Below the pieces are notes generated by a model. The model ran no database searches, was not told where the DNA came from, and was given only the letters and a program-made list of their open reading frames with translations. 64,000 nt of DNA from Paraspadella gotoi. Its lineage: Eukaryota > Animalia > Chaetognatha. The stretch covers positions 19,815,936 through 19,879,935 of the forward strand of contig CM119269.1 in the NCBI GenBank assembly GCA_051294375.1, written 5' to 3'. Position numbers and translations under genes: made by a program. Positions 37,623 through 50,195 of this stretch are shown here, in pieces (position 1 is the first letter of the stretch; each line of letters begins with the position of its first letter).

Positions 37623-39421
37623 GAACTTTTATGTATAAAGGTATCAATATTAATATCTTCTGAAAGCTTTTAAAAATTTGAAGAAAATGATATATTTAAG
37701 AATATTGTAACATGAAAATAAGCCTAACCAGCTTTAGTTTAATTAAAATAATCTAAATTAAAATAATAAAATCCTAAACATTTTTTTTAAATATCTGACC
37801 TATTTACTATAATGACTTACCAATTATTGTTTATATAAGTATCATAAAAAGTTATAGAAAAACTAAATTAAAATAGCTAACAATAATTTAATAATTATTC
37901 AAAAACTGCTCTTTAAGAATTGTTGTGTGTCACCTTGTAGGGTTAAAATACTAGGGTTAAGGTTTTAGCTTGGCATGAGATAAAGGTTAGGGTGAGGGCT
38001 AAAAAAATAGCCTGCTGTAAATGATGTAAGATCGTAAATAAGATAAATTAATTAGGTTAGGGTTTTTATTGGGGTTCATTCAGGGTAAATGGGAAGGCTT
38101 ATTATATCCCCATTATTCTTGGCCAGTCCCTTTTTAAACCCTGAACTTGGCCAATGCTTTTTGTCTATCACTTAGTCCGACCTTAATATAAAAAGATTGA
38201 CAGGATACTTGAGTATGGTTATTCTTTTCAGGCATATAATATACTATGAAAGAAGTAAACTAATATGATAAGTTTATAATATATTTTGGATTCATTAATT
38301 AAAAAGTTAAAATAAAAAGTATTATATTAAAGTAATTTAGTTTTTTATCTTTTAAATGAGATATGTTTCAACCATATGTAATAAAAATTTCAAGTATATA
38401 ATAGAAAAAAAAATTAGTAAGCAAAATAATTTTTATTATTATTATTAATATTATTATTATTATTATTCAAAATATATTATTAAAAAGCTTTGCCTTTAAT
38501 CAGTCTGCAAATGGTTGCTGTATTAAGTAAGCCAAAGCATATTCAAGGATAAATTTTACTTCATAAAAAATTAAAATTATTTATAATAAATTTAATAGAT
38601 TAAAAATAAAGAATTATTATTATTTACTTATCTTATGTATAATAAATATATGATAATATTTAAATTATAAAAATCAGTATTATATTTTTTTAAATATTTT
38701 TTAAATTTAATCTTTATAATCTTATTTTATTTTTATGGAGCTGGAGCCGGGCATTTTATTTTGTCTCCGGCTCCAGCTCCGGCTCCAGTCAAAAATTTAT
38801 TTCGGCTCCGGCTCCAGCTCCAGCTCCGGCCAGATAAAAATTCTGGCTCCGGCTCCGGCAAAAAAAGCTCGGCTCCGGCGGCTCCGGCTCCGCTCCGGCT
38901 CGGCTCCACATCCTGCTTTCTTATATCAACTTTTTATAAGGAATTCAAATCTGGTTTTAAAATTTTAAAATTTTAATTTTTTCATTTAGCTTATTTTTAT
39001 TATTATTAATTAATAAATATAGCTAACAAACAGTTAATAAAATATAAAATTTGTAAATAAACTTACTGAAATATTTATATGGGTCTTTATTTTCCTATTA
39101 TGTAAGCTAAATATAGCTTTTATAAAATTTTAATAAATTGAGTTTCTTATACTCTACAACGTTTGTTGCATTTGAATAGTACCTTATGTGCTGCAAAAAT
39201 CGCCATTTTCGACAAAAAAATGATTATCAACATCGAAATCTACAGACTTGATTAGAATAAAAAAGCTATGTACCTTATTCGATTTGTTATATTTTGTTAT
39301 TTTTAAACGCCCTAATACCTAATCATTGATTTTTTTTTTGGTAGTTATGGATGCTCTTTTTTGTTAAAGAAAACTATTGATTTCATTTTGACGACATTTC
39401 TCTGTCAAAATCCGAACTTAC

Positions 39422-39822
39422 CAAACTTAGCGCGGTTGTGTCGACGACAGTGAATTCGATTTCGGCTTCAGCGTTGCTCGGCTGCTTCACGAGGAGTCCG
39501 TCTTTGCACATCAACTTGTTCGTCGTTAGAGACTTCGAATTCGAAGACGATCCTTGCATTTTCACCTTGACCGAATCTTTGATTTCCTTTATCTTGGGCA
39601 CAAGTCTTTCGCAGATAGTTTTTTCCTCATTTTTAAGATTATCATCCGCACAATTGTTGTGCCTTTTGCCGCTGTTGCCAGCTGAAGTATTGGCTCCAAA
39701 AATGTTGAAATTTTCACGCTTCCCATCGATGAGAGTGTTGTAGTTGATGAAAGGGTAATAGATGTAGTTAAGTTTGTCCAGTGCCAGAAATGGGCAGGTC
39801 ATCTTAACCTTATCTCCATTCC
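39422..39822 (-). CDS. IgSF receptor A, exon 1 (N-terminal Cys-rich Ig-like domain; 5' end lost at the palindrome centre)
   Basis: Open frame NGDKVKMTCPFL...NCADD...ICERL...LMCKDG...EIEFTVVDTTALSL with donor |gtaagt (phase 0, matching exon 2). Clearly homologous to the exon at 54435-54928. Confidence 0.85.
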
Positions 39823-39888
39823 GCTGTTCCCTCCCCTTAAACGATAAAGAGAACAAGCAGAGCTCCTTTCCCCCGACCCACCGAAAAA

Positions 39889-40881
39889 ATGACCTTTCTT
39901 CTTTGCTTCTATTCCTGTGCTCCCTGCTCCTTCCCACCTCTCCTTGGTCCAAGAGGTCGTCAGGAATGGAGATAAGGTTAAGATGACCTGCCCATTTCTG
40001 GCAGTGGACAAACTTAACTACATCTATTACCCTTCATCAAATACGAACTCTCATCAATGAGAAGAGTGAAATAATCATCATTTTTGGAGCCAATACTGAT
40101 ACAGGCAACACCGGCGAAAGGCACAACAAATGTGCGGAATAATATCTTAACAATGAGGAAAAAAGCATCTGCGAAAGACTTGTGCCCAAGATAAAGGAAA
40201 TCAATAGATTCGGTCAAGGTGAAAATGCAAGGATCGTCTTCGAATTCGAAGTCTCTAAACGACGACGGTGGCAACAAGTTGATGTGCAAAGACGGACTCG
40301 TCGTGAAGCAGCCGAGCAACTCTGAAGCCGATATCGAATTCACTGTCGTCGACACAACCACGCTAAGTTGGTATGTTCGGATTTTGACAGAGAGATGTCG
40401 TCAAAATGAAATCAATAGTTTTCTTTAACAAAAAAGAGCATCCATAACTACCAAAAAAAATCAAATGATTAGGTATTAGGGCGTTTAAAAATAACAAAAT
40501 ATAACAAATCGAATAAGGTACATAGCTTTTTTATTCTAATCAAGTCTGTAGATTTCGATGTTGATAATCATTTTTTTGTCGAAATGGCGATTTTTGCAGC
40601 ACATAAGGTACTATTCAAATGCAACAAACGTGTAGAGTATAAGAAACTCAATTTATTAAAATTTTATAAAAGCTATATTTAGCTTACATAATAGGAAAAT
40701 AAAGACCATATAAATATTTCAGTAAGTTTATTTAAAATTTATATTTTATTAACTGTTTTGTTAGCTATATTTATTAATTAATAATAATAAAAAATAAGCT
40801 AAAATGAAAAAATTAAAATTTTAAATTTTAAAACCAGATTTGAATTCCTTATAAAAAGTTGATATAAGAAAGCAGGGATGT

Positions 40882-40912
<31 letters not shown>

Positions 40913-43900
40913 CGGAGCCGAGCTTTTTTTGCCGGAGCCGGAGCCAGAATTTTTATCTGGCCGGAGCTGGAGCTGGAGCCGAGCCGAAATAAATTTTTGA
41001 CTGGAGCCGGAGCTGGAGCCGGAGACAAAATAAAATGCCCGGCTCCAGCTCCATAAAAATAAAATAAGATTATAAAGATTAAATTTAAAAAATATTTAAA
41101 AAAATATAATACTGATTTTTATAATTTAAATATTATCATATATTTATTATACATAAGATAAGTAAATAATAATAATTCTTTATTTTTAATCTATTAAATT
41201 TATTATAAATAATTTTAATTTTTTATGAAGTAAAATTTATCCTTGAATATGCTTTGGCTTACTTAATACAGCAACCATTTGCAGACTGAATTAAAGGCAA
41301 AGCTTTTTAATAATATATTTTGAATAATAATAATAATAATATTAATAATAATAATAAAAATTATTTTGCTTACTAATTTTTTTTTCTATTATATACTTTG
41401 AAATTTTTATTACATATGGTTGAAACATATCTCATTAAAAGATAAAAAACTAAATTACTTTAATATAATACTTTTTATTTTTAACTTTTTAATTAATGAA
41501 TCCAAAATATATTATAAACTTATCATATAGTTTACTTCTTCATAGTATATTATATGCCTGAAAAGAATAACCATACTCAAGTATCCTGTCAATCTTTTTA
41601 TATTAAGGTCGGACTAAGTGATATGACAAAAAGCATTGGCCAAGTTCAGGGTTTAAAAAGGGACTGGCCAAGAAAATGGGGATAAATAAGCCTTCCCATT
41701 TACCCTGAATGAACCCCAATAAAAACCCTAACCCTAATTAATTTATCTTATTACGATCTTACATCATTTACAGCAGGCTATTTTTTTAGCCCTCACCCTA
41801 ACCTTTTATCTCATGCCAAGCTAAAACCTTAACCCTAGTATTTTAACCCTACAAGGTGACACACAACAATTCTTAAAGAGCAGTTTTGAATAATTATTAA
41901 ATTATTGTTAGCTATTTTAATTTAGTTTTTCTTAACTTTTTTATGATACTTATATAAACAATAATTGGTAAGTCATTATAGTAAAATAGGTCAGATATTT
42001 AAAAAAAATGTTTAGGATTTTATTATTTTAATTTAGATTATTTTATATTAAACTAAAGCTGGTTAGGCTTATTTTCATGTTACAATATTCTTAAATATAT
42101 CATTTCTTCAAATTTTAAAAGCTTTCAGAAGATATTAATATTGATACCTTATACATAAAAGTTCTTATTGGAGAGAAACAAAAATTTGTTATTTGATAAC
42201 AATGATTTTGTTTTTATTAAATCGGACATGTTTCGACTCTAGGACTTCATAGTCTTCATCAGCATTTAAATTCACAAACATTTCAGTTTTTAAAATAATG
42301 AGTTTGTGAATTTAAATGCTGATGAAGTCTCGAAAGTTATAGAGTCGAAACATGTCCGATTGAAATAAAAACAAAATTATTGTGTCAAATAATGATTTTT
42401 GTTTCTCTCTAAATAATTAAAAAAACAATAAAAAAAAAGATTAATACAATGTAAAAGTTTTTTAAAAAATGTTCATAAAGTTAGACAAAAAATTGAAAAA
42501 AAAGATTTGTTTTAAAATGAAAGACAATTTTTAAAGCAACTTTTTCCTGTCATTGCTAAATCAAATCATAACCATCAATATGAAATTTGGATATATAAAT
42601 GATCTTCACATGTTACAAATGACAATTTTTTTTTAGCGGCGGGCTGTTGTGTGTCACCTTGTAATCCAGGCTTTTTTTTATTTCTGAGCTTCAACCCAAA
42701 CTCTAGGTTGTAGTTTATTCAAATAGCAATGTTGCCGGATTCACGCATGAGTCACAATTGTGTTCTAGTTAGTTGGCAACTTCACTAGAGCAATATCGGC
42801 AAAGCCCTGATTGTGTCGCCAATACCCTCACTGTGACCTCGCCAGTAATAAAAGAATGAATATAATGAAAGGCATGAGTTAAAGGAAAAGTTTGCGGCTG
42901 AAGTTGAGACATGGGGATAAATACATCACCTGTGGGCTCTTCCCTTAAAACTAAACCCTAACCCAGTCTCCCGTACATCTCCATGCTTTCCCCAACCCTA
43001 ACCCAGCCTACGCCTCCATACATTTTCATGCTAAACCCCTATCAACTGTAGGCTTTCCTAACCCTAACCCTTACCCGGGCCTGTTGTTCAACTCCATTCC
43101 TCCCTAATCCTCACCAGGCCCTGGCCTCCAGTACATCTCTGTGCCTCAACCCAACTCTAACTGCCTTCGATGCATCAACCATGACTTTTCCCTTAACCCG
43201 AGCCTCCGTTTAACTCCATGCTTTTCTCCCACTCTAACCAGGGCCTGGCTTCACATATATCTCTGTGCCTAACCCTAACCCTATCCGCCTTTGATGCATC
43301 AACAGTAAGCCTCTCCCTCTACCCTAACCCAGGCCTCCCATTCAACTCCATGCCTTTCTCTTAACCCTAACCTTAACCTGGGATCGGGCCTCCCTTATAT
43401 ATCCGTACCTCAACTTAATCCCTAATATTCATTGCCAGTACATTCCTTAACCCTAATGCGGCTTCTTGTTTACTTAACCTTAAAATTGACATTAACCCTA
43501 ACCATAACCTTAATACTAACCTTAACCCTAACCCTAAACTACTCAACCCTAACCCTAATTATTACCACTCAACCTTAACCTAACCAACCAACTCAACCTT
43601 AATTAACCCTAAAACCCTAACCATATCTGAGTTTTAAGTAAAATCACCATAACAAGAATGCTAAATATAATTCATAGTTAAATTACCAGAGTGAGGATAT
43701 CACAAAAAAAAAATATATATTTGCTGTATTATTTTAATATTTTTAAAAATAATTTTAATTATATATATATTTTTAATATTAAAATATATTATATTATAAT
43801 ATAAAATAATATTAAATATAATCAAAATATAAATTATATAATTTAAAGAATATATTATGAATATTTAATTTCTTAAATTTTAATTATATATATAGTAATG

Positions 43901-46900
43901 GAGCCGGAGTTGGAGCCGGAGCCGGAGCCGAGTTTAAATTTTGCTGGAGCCGGAGCCGGAGCCGAAAAAAATTTTGCTTGGAGCCGAGCCGGAGCTGGAG
44001 CTGGAAAAAAATTTGGCCTGGAGCTGGAGCCGGAGCTGGAGCCGAGACAAAATTAGGTCGGCTCCACATCCTGTAAGAAAGTATAATCCATTTTAACAAA
44101 TTCTTTTATTAAGTTGGTAAAAATGTTAAAAACTATTTTTTTATGTAATTTTTTAATTTTGGCTTAAAATTATAGTTTTTCTAAATTTGACCAACTTAAT
44201 GACATAATCTTGGAATAAAAATTATATTTTCTTATATCAACTTTTTGCAAAGAATACAAATCCATGAATAGAATTTGAAATTATTATTATAATATATATA
44301 ATTTTTACTCATAATTATTAACAAATATAATTAACTAACTTTATATAAAATATAAAATTTAAAAATAAACTTACATTCGACATTTCGACTCTATAGGTTG
44401 TGATCTTTTTTAAATTAAAAAAAAAAGTAAAGTATAGTATTTTTTTTTCAAAAAACCGGTAACAAGTGATTTCCGGACTACATCATAGAAATTTGGTCCA
44501 AAGAACCATTTTTTTAGTTTTTAGAGTTGCCATCAAGCAAGATTTTTGAAAAAAATGGATGGCAAAAAATTTGTACACGGTCTGGACATAATTTGTACTA
44601 TCGTGCTAAACTCAGTAAAATATTGAAAATATGGCAAAGTCTATTCACTCTATTTAGTACGTTTTAGAAGCTTTTACTTTTATAGTAAACTGAAATTCTC
44701 AAAAAAGGTTTTTACATTTTATCATTGTTTATCTCAAACCAAATACAGGTTGACACGGAACCCGGTTTTGGCTCTGCCATCAACGAAGGACAAGCAATCA
44801 GAGCAACGTGTTCTGTCAGTACATCCGGACCCAGCGACGCCCCGCTCTCTTTTCAAGTGCAGACCGATTCCGGTTGGGAACCTCTCGATAAATCCCGCCC
44901 TCTACTTCGTCCATCGAACTCGCAAACGTAACGGCCATGAGGAAACACCATGGAAAGCGAATCCGTTGTTCCTGGTCCATCAGATAACACCCCTTGGAAT
45001 ACGGTTGAGAGTCAATTGATGCAAATCCGCTTCAAACCTCATGGACTCAGGGCCGATGTGGGTTCCGTATTAGAAGTCTTGTCCAGCGATGGATCGACAA
45101 CCCGAAGGTCGATAGTTTGCTCGGCGGAGGCTGGTAATCCGCCGAATATCACTTGGTCAGTAAACGCCACCGTAGGCGGAGTTCTAAGGCCGGATGTCAT
45201 CCAGAACCAATCCAGCAACGGACTCAGTCATTCCTTTGACGTATTGGTGGAGAAAGATCTTGAGGTGAGATTTTTTTTTTTATGTCAAAATTTTCACCAA
45301 TTTTCTCGTATTTTTAACAATGCTTTGTACAAGAATATTTCTTAGCCTTTTTTGTCTCTTCTTAATAAACCTGTGAAGAGACAGTAATTATTGTATGTGT
45401 TAGTGACAGAACCTTCAATATAAGGAGTCACTGAGTTCGGATCAGGCTGTAACACCATGTTCTAAAGCTTTGGTAAAGTTTCGTTGTATTGAAGAGTCAG
45501 CAAAAATTGTTATCAGTTAGTGACAGAATGGCTCAATAAAAGCAGTAAGCAGTAAGTCGCCTGATTTTACAAATTTTCCAAGACTTTTTTAAAATAAAGC
45601 TCGATGCTTAATAGTTTGCAAGACCTTTAATGATCACAAGTCCTGGCACCACCGGCCCTCGTTCCCCATTTATCGCATATAACACCTATAATTTATTAAC
45701 TCGAAAGGTTAATTTTTAACATTTTAATTCCCCTCAGGTTTTATGTATTGCTCAAAATGACGTCGGAGTCGCTGAATACAAGATCGAGATTCGATTCAGT
45801 ACCAAACCCGTCATCGAGGGAATTCAGTTGGTTGCCAACTTCATCGACGTTCGTTCATTCGGCAGTTGTTGTTAACTTGTTTAGTTGTTAAAATTGTCGC
45901 TTTTTGTTTACGAATTAAATTCGATTCTTAAATCGTTACGTTTTTTCTCATATCTCTTTTAAAAAAATCCTTTGTGGACATTTTTTTCAGGATATTTAAT
46001 GAATCTTCCTAATCTTGCAGGCGCAGACCGGTGCGGTGGATCTTCGGAGTGAGAGACGGCATGCCAATGTCTTACTGATATGCAACGCAAAACCGTTAGC
46101 GGCGAAAATTAAATGGTTTACCGTCGATAAGAACAACGACGCGACGGAAATAGCGGGCGAAGTCAATAGAGAATACAAACTGCCCGTCCTCGAACCCGAA
46201 AATCACATGGATAAGTACAGGTTAGGGGGGGAGGGTTGTGACATTGACGGTGGATAGTTACGAGGCTTTGCGAGAGACGTTTCCATTTTTCCAATTTTTG
46301 GGCCTTATTTTTCGAACGACCCAATTTATCTTGAATGCAAAATTAAGTTAATTTTTTTTAGTTAATGATTAGGTTAAAGGTTAGGGTTAGGGATAAGGTT
46401 AAGGATTTAGGTCAGGGGTAAGAGATAAGGATTAGGTTAGGGTTAGAGATTTGGGTTAGTGGAGAAAACAGAGTTTGTTTTTGTTTAAACTTTACAAATA
46501 ATAGGTTTTTATTAGTTAACGAGCTTAGCCTAACCCCAACCCTAATCAATAACCATATTCCTAACCCTAATCATTAAGCTAATTCTTAACCTAATTCTTA
46601 ACCCTAATCTTTAACGGATCTTTAACTAAAAAAATAATTTAATTCAAAATTTAGTATGAAATGGGGCGTTCTGGGAAAATAAGGCCTTTTATTTTGCCTA
46701 GCTTTTAACGGGTTTGTTTGGTGATGAGAGATGATCTGATGGATTTTTAGTTATAAGTTTTTCTCTTTTCAGTTTTTTTTATTTACTGTACTTATAGAGT
46801 TAATAGTTAAAGTTAAGATTATTTCACGAGCGAAGGCACATTAAGAATAATCGAATATTATCGCTTGTCCAGATGCCAGGCGACTGTCACGGGTATAAAT

Positions 46901-47027
46901 GAACTTGCCACCAAAGATTACGTAATCTTGGTCGTCTACCCAACTCGAGCTGAGTTATCCACCGCCTACGATGCTGATGCGAATGTCATTCTCACTATCG
47001 AAATCACCGGGAACGCCAAAGAGCAAG
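39889..47027 (+). pseudogene. Mirror copy A' of the IgSF receptor (exons ~39889-40370, 44749-45264, 45738-45848, 46021-46220, 46873-47027); frameshifts are probably sequencing errors; last exon lost at gap
   Basis: Reverse complement of gene A. Exons 2-5 encode the same residues apart from 1-nt deletions. The spacer holds a noisy signal-peptide region (aaaaaATGacctttcttctttgc...) alignable to the paralog's MDFLFLLGCLL start. Confidence 0.7.
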
Positions 47028-48544
47028 GTGAATTTAAATTGTTGATTTTTCAAGTTTGGGACAAGAAATTCAGCTGTGATTGTCGAGGGGAAAAAAGTTT
47101 CTGATAGACTGCATTGATAACGAGAGTGAGAAATAAGATTTTTGTACAGTCCTGTGCAAAAAAAACCGCGCCACTTTATTCAGATTTTAAAAATATACTT
47201 GAATTTTAAAAGAGATTTAAAGTTTATTAAAAGATGATAAGTTTAGCATAAATTTTATTAAAAATTGGGCCATCTATTTAGGTACAATAATTTTTTTAAA
47301 TGAAGTATTCTACCACAAGCTGAATTTAAAAAAATCTAATAGATTTTAAACTAATCTTTTTTTTTTTAATATTTTTGCAATACTTGAAGTAGATTAAAAA
47401 CATAAAAAAAATTATATTGTGGACATCCAGAGGTATAGCTGTATAACTGGATTGCCCCAGATCCTAAAATAATAATTTTAAGATTATTAAAAAATATATG
47501 AAAGACAGGTCCATGATTTTAAAACTTTTATATGGTTTTCAAATGGGAGTAAAATAAAATAATTAAATACTCTGGCTAAATTATCTGATATAGCAATTTC
47601 AGATTTTGCACTTTGTTTTTTTATTTTTTAGTTCTTGGTAGTCCAGCTTGCTTACTTTTTTGGAACACTCAAGTTTAAAAAATTATATCTCCTAAATCAC
47701 TTGATTGATTATAATAAAATTTAGACATAATAATTTTTTTTTCAAATTTTTTATTTTTTATATAATTTTAAAATATCTTTATAGAGCATCCGGAAGTTAA
47801 AGTTATAAAGTGGCGCGGTTTTTTTGCACAGGACTGTACAATCCGTATGGGAAGAACGTAAATAAATATAATGTTTCGAATTTCATTATAATTTACGAAA
47901 AAAAATAGCTTGCCTTTTGGCAGTTTATTGTTAATATTTAAGTATGAAAAATTGTTATATTACTTGTTTTACTATATTAGACTTTAAAATTGTATATTAA
48001 AATTTAAAAATAAATGTAAAAATTTAATATTTATCTTTTTTGATTCAACAAGAGCGCATAATTGCTCAAATTTTGCCGAGGTTTAGAGAAGCTCAGGACC
48101 ATTTGACATTAATAGATAGAGAAAATTTTCGATAACGGGAAGCCCACCAGAAATTTAATTAACACAGAACGATCNNNNNNNNNNNNNNNNNNNNNNNNNT
48201 ATGATATTATTTTTTTTTTTTAGTTTTTAATGCGTTTCAAGTTTTCGCTATTACACGTTGGGTCCTTTTTCGCATTGATTCGTGGTAAACGTTTGTTTCA
48301 ATACTTTGTTTTGATACTTCGTCGTACTTAATAATTGGAATCGTTTGAATCAGTAACTGTTGCGAACTGGAAATAAGAACAAAAATGTTTTTAAGTATTG
48401 ACATGCAATGAATTAGAAACGACCAAAGGCTGTAATCATTTAATAACCAACAATTTTATATTGAATCTTTTGATTCGGCAAAAAAGTATATTCCAGAACA
48501 AAAAACGAAAACCGGTTGAATTCTCTGGAATTCAAGACCAAGAG

Positions 48545-48606
<62 letters not shown>

Positions 48607-49446
48607 TCTTTCCAACCCGATGCTGCCAATTGCATGCTTTAGGGGGAAAAGGTAAGTAAAAGAAGAAAGATGAGGAAGAGCCGGAAGAGGAAGAGGCGAA
48701 GAAAAAAAAGAGAACGACTAAAAATTTAAGAAAAATACAGTAGAAAATATCCAAGAATAAAAAATACCAGCAACCTAATGTCATCAACAACCAAATCACT
48801 TGATTCCAAGAAAGAGTTTTTATTTAAATCTTTTTTTTTTTAATATTTCCAACGATTTTTTTTTCTTTTTGCTTTGGCGTTTCGCGTGTCTCTGACGGCG
48901 CAGGAATCAAGTTTTTAATTTCGGGTTTTGCTGCAGCCCCCATCGCCGCTGCTGCCGAATGCTGACGCGGCGGCTGCCTTTGCCCCCGCCGCTGCTCCCG
49001 ACGGCCCCCGCTTGGGACGCGACAGGTAAGCAACGGGTTACGCATACGGACACGAGCGACGTCGATGAAGACGAAGACAACGACGACGTCGACCACTACG
49101 ATGAGGATAAACTTACTTCGGAATCTCAACAACAACATCGAAAAAGAAAATATCGAGAGCGACGACGACGACGATGACGACGACGACGACGACCACGTAG
49201 AAAAAAGTTGGTGACCGAGTTTTCGTTGAGAAAATCGAAAAAGAGAAAAGAAAGAAGGAATTTATTTGATGGGAAAAAGAATAAAACAAAATGTTGCTGT
49301 TAGTTGTTGTTTGTATCTTAATTGTTGCGGAATTGCTGTCTTCAGCTGTTTTCTGTGGTAAGGCGTTTCCCAACCATGAGAGGGCGTCGCTTCTTTTTCG
49401 ATTTGAAGGCCGAAATCGGGCGTTGCTCTCTCTTTCTTTCTTTTTT

Positions 49447-49534
<88 letters not shown>

Positions 49535-50143
49535 TTTTTCTTTTTAACCCATTTTTTATTTGGAATTTAAAAAACTTTAAAATATTATATCTCAATGGGC
49601 GGAAAATACAATTTGTTACATTTGCTTAAGAATAAAATAAAAAAATCTGACATTTAGATGTTCTCGGAAACGACGACGATGACGACGATAAACGTTAGAA
49701 GTTTGATTCTCAATGTGGTCGGTGAAAGAAAACATGTCGACAATGGACATTGGACAATGATGCTCCAACTACGACGATAATGATGATTAAAACGATGGTG
49801 ATGACAAGCATGATGTTAACAATTATGATAATTATTGATGATGATAATGATAATCATGATGATAATAATAATCATGATGATAATGAGGATGATTATGATG
49901 AGACCGAGAAAGCAACTACACAAAGTAGAAGAACATGGTCCCTTCTTTTACGAGTGGGGATCAAAATCTTCGCGGGAACCAAACTGCGACGACAACGACG
50001 ACAGCGACGACGACGATGACGACGACGACGGCGAAAGAAGAAGTCACGAAAGTGAATTTGAATACCTCGACGGCTTATCCTCTCGTCAACATGGAATTTT
50101 TTGGTTTCTCTTTTTTAATAAAACATTTCTTTTCCACTCGGTG

Positions 50144-50195
<52 letters not shown>

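Larger units (their letters stand above)
37121..37937. mobile_element. Tc1/mariner-type MITE nested in the hAT element
   Basis: TIRs CAAGGTGACACACAACA / TGTTGTGTGTCACCTTG with TA on both sides. Confidence 0.85.
35682..38915. mobile_element. Non-autonomous hAT-superfamily DNA transposon (mirror copy 40873-44073)
   Basis: TIRs CAGGGATGTGGAGCCG / CGGCTCCACATCC(C)TG, an 8-bp target-site duplication CTTTCTTA on both sides, and subterminal (G/A)GCTCC hexamer arrays. No transposase ORF. Confidence 0.9.
31550..48174. repeat. Giant inverted duplication: arms 31550-39822 and 39963-48174, 140-bp spacer
   Basis: Reverse-complement match throughout (e.g. 31550 gatcgttctgtgtt / 48161 aacacagaacgatc; 39811 tatctccattcc / 39963 ggaatggagata). 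The right arm ends at an N-gap. Confidence 0.95.

Noticed and set aside
48937-49025. Possible plus-strand micro-exon (cag|PPSPLLPNADAAAAFAPAAAPDGPRLGRD|gtaag), and another at ~53068-53126
   Set aside because: The splice signals are plausible, but there is no recognisable product and no consistent partner exons, so I could not support a gene model.
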